A program made the translations under genes and the position numbers. Of a DNA stretch of 64,000 nt, positions 54,216-64,000 are shown one piece after another. Source of the DNA: Ophelia neglecta (Eukaryota); contig OZ260663.1 in the NCBI GenBank assembly GCA_965285935.1, positions 71,052,001 to 71,116,000 on the forward strand, in the 5' to 3' direction. The notes under the pieces are model-generated. The model saw only the letters and a program-made list of their open reading frames with translations, was not told the origin of the DNA and did no database searches. Each line of letters starts with the position of its first letter. Position 1 is the first letter of the stretch.

Positions 54216-55581
54216 TTAAATTTGTTTTTCTCAGCCTTTTATTAATTATACCGATACTAGAATAATTCAAATGTTAAAGAAGCAGTCTTATGGGAAAATC
54301 ATTGACTGTGCATGACAAATTTGAAAGCTGGTATTATCGCACCAAAATATTATGTTGACCTTCATGTTCTTTCAGTGGTGCCACTGAATTTGACATCATT
54401 TTATTCCTCAATGTCTGTTAAACTCTACAAATGAATTATGTCACAAGCACATCACAGTGAAAATGTTTATGACAGCATATACAGCCAGGAGAAAGGCATC
54501 GGGTACTGGTACCTTGCCTTACCGCACCTGTAATCAGGTGCAAATTCTAAAAAATAAATTTCGCAAGGAACAGGAGCATTAATCCAAAGAATAATTGCCT
54601 TCTTACGAAAAATATCCCCACCCTAATTGAAATGCTATATTTTCTAAATTTTTCCTAAAAAAACCATGAAGGGTTGGTGTTGGAGGTAACTATTAAGAGT
54701 GTGATTTGAATCTAGAAACAAATTGCCAAATTTTATTTTTACCCTGCTCTGGTAAAATGCAGAATTTGCAAAAAAAACTCACAAAATTGGGTTTGAGCAT
54801 GGGAAAATTGTGATCGACAAAATCAGACTGCAACTCCAAGAACTTTAAATACTTACAGTAGTTTTGAGTATTATACAGTGCCAGTAACCAAGTTCGTGAG
54901 GAATGTAACTATTACCACTGTGAGCAGGATAATCTTTTAGTAGTTGATATTGCAAGTGTATTGTATGTTTATCATATTTAGAAAAAGTGTGCCACTCAAA
55001 CTACGTTGCCACTCTATTGCTCATCCATTAAAGGATCCAGATTAATAAAAGTAGGATTTTTGTTATGAATCATCCAGTTCAGGGATGGTTTTTTACCTAT
55101 TGCAGAATTATATTTTGGACAAATATATTGGCCCAATTGTTCAGTATGCAAATTGAAAGCATTTATATTAAAGTGTTGACATAGCTACAATTTAATTTTC
55201 ATCACATTCCTAGCTAAAATTACTTAGATATCTTATATTTTTTATAATAAAGGAGAAGCTCCTTAGCCATACATTCTGATTGCAGTCACTTTGACATTAA
55301 GTAATGAAATGAAGCAGGGTATTTTCCTTAGCAATGGCATAGAGGGCACACGGGGGGGGGGGGGGGGAGGTGATGCCTGTCATAGTAGCCATTTATAAAT
55401 AATTCCAAAGTTATCTTTGTAATTATTTTCCTCGCCTTGGTATTTTAATAATTTTTTTAGATATTTGGTTAGTGCAAATTCATCATTTTATCTAATGATA
55501 AATTTTTGTGCAAAGACCCCTCAAAGCCTACTGTCATGTGTAAGTAGTGTGAGTGACAGTAGTAGTATTTCGATAGTTTAC

Positions 55582-55666
55582 CTTTAGTAGTGTATAGTTC
55601 TACACGATACATTGTCATTGGTTCTCCATATTGGCGGAGTACTTGGGCACTCACTACTTCGGCCAT
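55582..55666 (-). CDS. Candidate first coding segment of a small unidentified ORF divergent from MYLIP
   Basis: Strong Kozak context TTCACCATGG; encodes MAEVVSAQVLRQYGEPMTMYRVELYTTK, then donor AAG|GTAAAC. An upstream donor GCC|GTAAGC lies at 55925. No homology recognised. Confidence 0.3.
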
Positions 55667-55999
55667 GGTGAATTTGCGAACACCCTGTGCACGGTAAACG
55701 CGGCAAAAAGCCTAGGTTCAAAGATCCGGGTCAATGATCTGGATGCACAATTTATAAAAAGTAGGAAATGTTCTTCCAGGCACAACAATCTCCAGTTCGT
55801 AAGGGTAGATCTACTACCTATAATTTGTTTAGATTGGGTATTTTTTAATGTCAACATTTGGTAATTCGCAGGCGTTCTGGCGTCGGCCCCTGATCAGCCT
55901 GAAAACCATGACCTTGGAAGCTTACGGCAAGATTTAAAAACAATCTTTCATGATACCCCCTGAACTTAAAAATACACAGCTTGATTGTCAGCCTATATT

Positions 56000-56400
56000 T
56001 GGCAATGACCAATCGCAGCCTACGTCCGTAATGTTAAATGTAAAGCAAAAGTGCTATGTCAGCCACTGAAGAGCAAATTTCATCAGCGGTATGCAATGTT
56101 GACGATCTGCGTATTATTGCAGAAGTTTGCTACCTGTGTTCTTTGTTGTCCCGAACGCATGCACCCAGCGCATGCACCCAGGCATTACAGCTGACTCGGT
56201 ACAAATGTACCGGAGATATGTAAACACTGACGTCAGATTCTCCGCCCTTTCAACTCCGTCTAACCTCGGAAAGCCGCTGATTGGTACACTGATGGAGAAG
56301 TGAGCAATTTGATTGGATGAATATAATGTTTCTCAATGACTGACAGCTAGTATTGATTTGCTTTCCCGCGGATACCATGTGACTAGCAAACATTTCGGTT
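56000..56400. promoter_or_regulatory. MYLIP promoter region
   Basis: Perfect CRE TGACGTCA at 56228-56235, two ATTGG (reverse CCAAT) boxes 32 bp apart at 56280 and 56312, CCAAT at 56009, CpG-rich. Confidence 0.55.
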
Positions 56401-56513
56401 GATCTGTGTGAAGGCGAAGTGAGAAAATATCAAAGCTTTGTGCCGCATTATGTTTATCTGCAAGTATATATCGTCTTGATATCTGTCAAGGGGCATTCCG
56501 ATACCTTATCAAG

Positions 56514-59500
56514 ATGTTGGTCCTAGTGAAGCAACCCAATTCAGTGATATTGGAAGTAGAAGTGAGCGAAAAGGCGGACGGTTTGGAGTGCTTAGAAAAG
56601 GTAAATGCACGGCCAGCGCCATATTTGATCGATTTTCATTTCGACCTACCTCAGTAAATAGCATTTCTTTGCTGTTTTCTTTATTGTTTGAGAATAACAC
56701 CTGCATAGGCAGTCAGCTCAATAGTGTCCCAACATCGCAAAATCAAAATTTCAGTGTTTTGAATATTTTACAAATGAAATTTCGTATATATTTATTCGTT
56801 GGTTCTTTGTCTTTGGGGAAACGTAATGGATTGGCCAAAGTGCACTTGCACCGAATCAGCTGTGTTCTATTGTTTGCAACGACCAGTGGTTTAGATGCCC
56901 AAAGCCAAAGGGCCGATACATGCTCGACTTACGGACAGTGTATAATGTATGTCTTCGTTTAGCCAAGATTGCAAAAATCCTCATGCTCAGTATTTCAATC
57001 TCCAGAGTTTACCACCGTTGACAAGTGTTTTGAGGCAGGTGAAATCTAAATCATTTACGTCTTCCCACACAAACAAACAAATATTCGTTTCAGGGATTTA
57101 CCTTGCGTTGGTGGGAGCAGTCAAAAGTTGTATGGAAATTCTATCCCTGCTTACTAAGCAGGTTATAGGCCTATATACTGGCCATTAGACTTGGGGTTGG
57201 GAGTCAGTATTTTAATAGGTACTGTACATGCAAAAACACCTACATGTACCAGTAGTTGAGTAATATTAAGTATTACGTTGTGATTTGGGAAAATCATTTT
57301 CTGTTGACTCAACTAGAATTTAAACAAAAAAATATTTCATCTGGAAAAACAGGAAGATTTCTTACCTGCATACCCCTTTATAGTCTAATTTTGTAAATGT
57401 ATGGCCTAGGAATCAATGACAGCTATTAATGTCTATTCTGGGCACCCTCTTTGTGCACTTCAGCATCCATTTTTAAGTTCTGACATTGCGGCAGTAGAGG
57501 GTCTCTTGGGGCAGTGAACCTATGGCTCAAATTGTATACACAAATAGGAAATAGGTTTCCTAGAAGATTTATTAAAAACTCATCAAAAAACTAAAAATAA
57601 TCACTATACCCTACAGGGTTTTTAATCAAGAATTTTGTCAGCTTTTAAAGGGCAATAACCTTGTGCGAATATTGGCATATAATTTGCTCAAGCTCTGCAC
57701 TTAAACAACAGGTAACGTGGAGAGATTTTTCTTTCCATCTGACAGATTACTTTTTGTTTCCAGGTGTGTAAGAAATTGGGGATTATAGAAGTTGATTATT
57801 TTGGATTGGAATTTGTCTGCAACAAGGGAGAGAGGCTATGGCTAAACCTGAGAAACTCCATTGAACGCCAGCTGCCTGGATCACCCCCCTACAGGCTCCA
57901 GCTGAGAGTCAAGTTCTACATCGAGCCACATTATATTCAGCAGTCAACAACAAGGTATTTTGTGTTCAACTATATTTTGCCAAGTCTGATTAAATTCCTT
58001 GAACCTGCAGATTCGCAGGCTGGGAAATTCAGTAAGTTAAATTTATAGCTGATCTCATATATGTATGTTTCAATTGTGCCATGAACAAAGGGTTGTTTAC
58101 CAAGGACAGCTGACTAAGGACAGGATGATTGTAGGAATTTGGCATTAGTTTATAACATGTAGACGTCAACAGACCTAAATAAGGTCACCTAGCTTAGATG
58201 CCAATGTCTTTGTTCTGATATACTAGTATTATAGCTTTCATGCATGACACGTTCATGTTAGGACACGAGGTTCTGGGTTACACTGTCCCTAGGGTTGAGG
58301 ACCCTGATCAGTGACCTCACACCGTGCCTTTTGTCATCCATAGTACCTTGCTTGGTAAATTAGCTTCACATCGTGAACACCTTTAAATCAACTGTGTTGT
58401 CACTATTAGGATAACATCATTGTTTGCTGTGTTCATGTTTTTTCATGATGTAACAGTTTGCCTTTTATTGGCAAATGGGCCTTTATCATCACCAAATGGG
58501 CTTTTATCTTCACCAAATGGGCCTTTATCTTCACCAAATGGGTCCGTCCTTCTGTCTGTCTTCTATATCCTTAACTAATGGGTCTAGCCTCAGGTCTATC
58601 ATTTACTTTGGGGCTTTATTCCCACCAATTGTATAGTAAAGTAAGACTTCTCTATACATAGAAATAGTTTAATTAATTATTCACAGAATGACTACATTCG
58701 ACACGTGCACAAATTGTACATGCAATGATTTTTCACAGAAATTTTTATTTTAAGTTGTGAGTCACAAGCCTTCATCGTATGAAGCCTCTGATGTTTTAAA
58801 AAAAAATTTCAAGCTGTACACATTGTACATCCTCTACAGATACTTGAGGTAGGGATGGTTTCAGTCTGTATACATGTCAGGTTTTTATATCAATTGTACA
58901 GATAAATTATAATGAATATGATTATATATCTTTGTACGTGTAGGAATCTTCAGCTCTGCAAAGCCTGTATCTGTGTGCCAAGGTTGTTGCAAGAAGTAGC
59001 ATAGCTTTTACATGAACTGTAAATGTGGTTCCAGGCTGTATTTCCAAGCTTATTAATAATCAATTTGATTTATATTTTTATATCTACAGTTTGTGCAAAG
59101 AATTTATTTGCTGGAATGCTCAAATACCTTCATCAACAGCTGTGCATTACTGATCTACACAGAATGTACTTGGCAATGACTTATTTAATTGTCTGAGGCC
59201 AATCACATTTGCTGTACTTTTGAGTAGGTACATGAGTACTGACCAGCATGCTGGTTATACACTGCCCTTGAGTTGCCCCTTGCCCAGTTCAATAGTTAGT
59301 TTGACATTTGATCCTCAGACTATACCCACATTACCTATGATTCATGATCATATGCCAGTGTTAAGTGTGTGGGCTGTGGTGTGGGCCGCATTGCATCCAA
59401 TGTACATGTACATGTATACAGTATAGCGTACATGTATACTAATATAAACTGTACACTTGTGCATTTGCATGCATGTCAGACTTATACACCATATAACTTA

Positions 59501-62500
59501 GTACTGTAACAGTGTATGAGACTGTTAAGCTCTGTTAAATACAGGGCTTCAACCATTGATTCATCTGTTTAAGCCTGATAAGGCAAATAACACTCTTATC
59601 TTGTACATCATTAGATATTTTTCAATGCTTTTCAAGCAGCTGGTAGTCACCAACCAAGTTATTGACCTCCAAAGTAAATACCCATGTATAATTCCATCAA
59701 CTACAAAAATAGAACTTGACAGTAAACAGGAGATCACATACTGCCTTTATTAATTCTAGTCTCTTTCAATGTAATTCACTGAAATCTATGGATTTCTTAG
59801 GAGTGATATATTTAAGGGTGAATATTCATGTAGTTTTATGTCGATGTAAGCAAGACATGCTTAGCAGCCTAGAGGTTTTAACAGCTAAGGTCCCCAAAAA
59901 AGGCGAGCAGACAAGTTAATCAATGGGTTTTTCTCTCATTCCCAGACAAGAAGGTTTATTGATTCAGTGCATTTAATAAATTAGCACTGCTGTGAAGAAG
60001 AAGGTACCAACTCATTGACAAGTTGTATCTCTGTCATCATTTGGCTCAGGCGTTCTGCCTATATCCAATTTAAATGTGATGTCATATTTGACACAATGTT
60101 TTTCAAGTACCAGTGTCAATTGACAACAAAGCCAAGAAAAGGCATACATAAGTTCAAATTCAAAGCATTTCATTCTGTGTTGCAATAATCAGGTAGTTGA
60201 CACAGCTGGTTATATAATGGTTTATGGTGAACATTATAAATAATACATAATATAATAAAATTGTTATCCAGTGACCTAAAGTACAGCATATATTAGGTCC
60301 TAGATTTAAAGAAGAATATTAGTGGTTGCATGGGAATGTTTACAGGCCTTAAACAGTACATGCAAATACAACCCTTTGTCTTGGTCTTGGTCTTGTCTTG
60401 TCTTGTCTGGTCAATCTGTAATATTGTTCAACATAGCAGATGTACAATGTACTGTCACTACTGTGGGTGCATGATATCAAAACATCACATTTCACAGCAG
60501 TACATGTACTGTACTCATTTGAAAACAAAGGAGCGACCTTATGGATAATTAGATCTTAACTTAAAACTGCCATGCAGTTTGCTGGCAAGATGCCATATTA
60601 TTTTTAATGTACCTATAATGTCACCACCAAATATAACATTGATGTACTGTATGACACTCACTGGACCGAATTTAAAACAAATATTTTTCTAGCTGTATCC
60701 TATTCTGAAAGATTGTGATACTGTAAACCCCTTTATTTTCGCGGCCGTTTAATTTCGCGCATCTGACCTAAATAAATTTTCGCGGCCATTTAATTTCGCG
60801 GGTGTAAGTCTAGAACTTTATGCATGTAACATGTGAAAGTGTGGGCATTTTATTTCATTGCCGCACCTTGGCACCATGTAATTGTGGAATGGATCTGAAC
60901 AATAGGTCAAAGTACAACTCTCACAGAACTAGCAGTACTATCATGGGGGTGGGGGGGGGGGGGGGGAGTGAATGGTGTGTCCATACTAAGTTACAAACAT
61001 GTATATGAGAGACTGTTAGTAAGTTCATGAAACATATCCACAATATGTATCCCAATTCCAAAATACATCAGATTTTAGAAAAAGATTTCTGTGTTTCGTG
61101 GCATTGCTATAATTAAGGGCAAAGCAGAGTACACCAGCATCAGCGCTGCCAACGGTGGGCCTTGCAGGCCCCAATTAGAATTGTTTTTAGTATTTCTTGA
61201 CATTGCCCTAGTGGCTTTTAGAGGAAACCTTAAGGCAACAGGTAAAACGGTCAACCCAAATAAACATTTATGATTTTTTTTGAAACTGTGTACATACCGG
61301 GATCGGTCCATTCCTGAATAGAAACATTACATAACTTCCACCATATAACTTTTGATTTTATTTAGAACTTGTGTTGAAAGTGACTGTCCGACATGCATGC
61401 TATCCCTTACAATAGGATGGGGGCTTGTGCTCCTAAAATTCTTCTATTTATATAGTGTGCTTACATGACCAGGTGGGGGGGGGGGGGGGTGTTCCTATAA
61501 TTCTTGTATTCAATAAGTATGCTTGCCTGGCTAAGTCACAAATAATGTAGATGTTCTGACATGATTTTATGACTATTACTTTGCCCTTTATTATCAGTGC
61601 ATCATCCTGGACTGAATGATAATAAATATATTGAATTTGCATTCTAGTTATTGTTTTCTTTCAAATAACTAATATGAACTTTTCTGGAAAGATTTTGTTT
61701 ATATCAATATAATCCCAATCCCTTCTATGTTTACTTTGGGAGTGTGCAATTGTTAAGCATAGAACTTCAAAAATAAAAGCAAGAAATATCCAGATATTAT
61801 TGTTTATCATTAAAATTTAATTCATTATTTACCATTTTTTATTTGTTTTACAAAACCGCAATTACAAGTAAAGTGTTAACAAGTTATTCATAACACCCCA
61901 AAAAGAATCCCATCAGAAATAATAAGTACAAATGTAATAAGTAAAAATGCTCGGCTTCCGAAAGCCGAAAAGAAGTGTCCTTGCCATCGCCTTTAAATTT
62001 AAGAAAAAGGTAAACATTCCCCTCCTGTTTATAAAAAGAATGTGCGTTAGGGATTTTACCTAATGCCCTACCTATATCAATTAATGTAACTCATCTGAAG
62101 ATTTGTTTCCCTTTATTAGACAACCACATCTAAACGTTGTTATTGTTGATTGTTTGATCTTGGCTGAAAACTGAAAGATGTAAGTGTTCATTCAATAAAG
62201 GATTGTCATAAATATTATATCTCTCCAACAAAAGCAAAATCTAGAGTCACAAAAAATTAAGACTTGCATTCATGGTTGAAATACCCCATCCCTTCTCGCA
62301 AATGTATAAAAACCATGTGAAATCATCAAAATGACACCTCTCCCAGCCCTTCAACCCTGCCACACTACCCATTCCACACTGCCCAGAATGGTCCTCCCCC
62401 CACCCTACCGGGTAGGGGTAAACACCGAAACCGACCGAAACCGACCGAAACCGGGGTCAATCTGGTAGTTACTTGGTTGATTTGCTTGTGGACGTGGGTA

Positions 62501-64000
62501 ATAGATGTAGACGAACAATTTCCCAGGCGCTTGGCACGCCTGTTTTCATTTTAGTTTGCCAAAAAACAAATTTACTATGTAATGTGCGGACACCGACAGA
62601 TCGGTGGCCATGACACTTCTCTAGCCCCCGGTGGGGCCATCTGGTGGCGGTGTCGGTGTCGTGGAGTCTCTGGCCAGTAGTGTTCAGCGAGTCCCGCCCT
62701 ATGGTGCCCTTTTCACATGCTAGAAGTGTCATGGCCACCGATCTGTCGGTGTCCGCCTATTACCTGATTACATCGTAAATTTGTCAATCAGAATCCCATA
62801 ACATTCCCTCTTTATATCAGATAGTTAATTGACAATCGAGCGTTGAAAATGCCGAACTTAGCATGTAACTAGTGCTGAGCCTGTGGTGTTTTCACCTAGT
62901 GAAGTAGTCACAAATCAGCGGTGGTGACGTAAGCCCGACTGCTCCAATATGGTGTGTTGGCGAGTTGTTCAAAACAGGCACCAAGTCGTTACCTGGTTAC
63001 CGCTATGGTAGGCCTACTTATAGGCCGGTAAATTGTTAGAATTTTCGCGACCTTTAATTTTAGCGTTTTTTAGGTATTCGCGAAACTCGCGAACTTAAAG
63101 GCTCGCGAAATTTAAGGGGTTTACAGTATTTAATGTTCATGTTTTTCTTTTCCTGGGGCAATCAGTATATTTATTTTCCTCCTTTTTTTTCAGAGAGCAG
63201 TTTTACCTTAATGTGAAGCAGGACTTCATAGAGAACAGGCTGAGGTTCATAAGTGATGAGGAAAAGGCCAAAATTCCCCTGATTGCTGGACTGTTAGCCC
63301 AAGCTGAGCTTGGGGACCACATCGAAAAAAATGCCACCCAAATCCTACAATACGAAAACTTGATCCAAGTAGGGGAAGACATGACAGAATTTCTCCCAAA
63401 AATGGTGGCTGAACATGTCAGTGCCAAAGGTTTGTCATGTGATGCCGCTTGCTACAAAGTCCTGCAGGAAGTAGGATCCCTTGGATGCTATGGAATGGAG
63501 TACCACGAAACCCTGGGTGATAAAGGTGCCCTCAACTATCAGGGGGTCGGGCCTAAAGGAATCGCCACATACGATGCTGAATGGCAGTTGCTAGAAAGGT
63601 ATGAAAGGGGGGCCAATGTATTACTTTTGTAGTATGCTTTCAATTTGTTTGCCACAAACCTTGGTAATATTAGAATATTGAATATGCTGTATGCTTTATT
63701 GGTGGTATGTTTCAGGAAAACACAGTAAATATGTGGCATTTGTGTGCTCTATCAAATCTAAACAAGTTTTGTAAAGGGAAGACTATAAATATAAAAGCAT
63801 TGTCATTTAGAAAGGAAATCTTTTATTGAAAGTCGCTAATTTTTTCTTACAGCATGATTGACTACCAGACAATACACAAAGCCACAGTGAATGGTAAAAT
63901 CCTCTCTTTACATCTGATTACTGATGCGGGGGAGACAACTGTGGAGGACCTGAGACTGTCTACTCCTAGAGCTGCCAATGCCCTCTATCGCTCGGTGACA
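56514..64000 (+). CDS. MYLIP: E3 ubiquitin-protein ligase MYLIP/IDOL, FERM-domain portion (runs off the window)
   Basis: Exons 56514-56600, 57764-57954, 63194-63598 and 63853 to >64000. Translation MLVLVKQPNSVILEVEVSEKADGLECLEK|VCKKLGIIEVDYFGLEF...GERLWLNLRN...PYRLQLRVKFYIEPH...LLAQAELGD...YGMEYH...GVGPKGI...AANALYRSVT matches the MYLIP N-terminal FERM domain. The RING domain is expected beyond the window. Confidence 0.93.
58472..58542. repeat. 21-bp tandem repeat, 3+ copies
   Basis: CAAATGGGC(C/T)TTTATC(A/T)TCAC three times. Confidence 0.85.
60721..63126. mobile_element. 2.4-kb TA-flanked non-autonomous DNA transposon with nested insertions, in MYLIP intron 2
   Basis: TA|CTGTAAACCCCTT and AAGGGGTTTACAG|TA form exact inverted termini. 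Sub-terminal TTTCGCG/CGCGAAA repeats occur at both ends. Confidence 0.8.
62586..62756. repeat. 35-bp perfect inverted repeat enclosing a 101-bp GC-rich spacer (mini-MITE)
   Basis: GCGGACACCGACAGATCGGTGGCCATGACACTTCT at 62586-62620 and its exact reverse complement at 62722-62756. Confidence 0.9.

Overview
AT-rich, intron-rich animal genomic DNA, probably from a marine invertebrate (inferred from composition and repeat types); it is not prokaryotic. Four spliced protein-coding genes can be rebuilt exon by exon with consistent phases: MED10 (+, 30480-31716), CNEP1R1/TMEM188 (-, 39240-34905, with a clear U12-type minor intron), an RRM-containing NCOA5/Neosin-like gene (+, 40804-48692), and the 5' part of MYLIP/IDOL (+, 56514 to window end). 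Several promoters look bidirectional: MED10 with an unidentified minus-strand first exon, CNEP1R1 with NCOA5, and MYLIP with a candidate small-ORF transcript. The rest holds mobile-element relics: a Helitron PIF1 fragment with an intact 3' terminus, an antisense LINE fragment, a MULE-type MITE with a 9-bp TSD, a 2.4-kb nested TA-flanked element and a Helentron/HINE-like element. There is also a 32-bp minisatellite with higher-order structure and several long palindromes. I could not identify any protein-coding exon between about 7 kb and 30 kb. I found no convincing new multi-gene system; the best leads are the orphan divergent transcripts and small ORFs.
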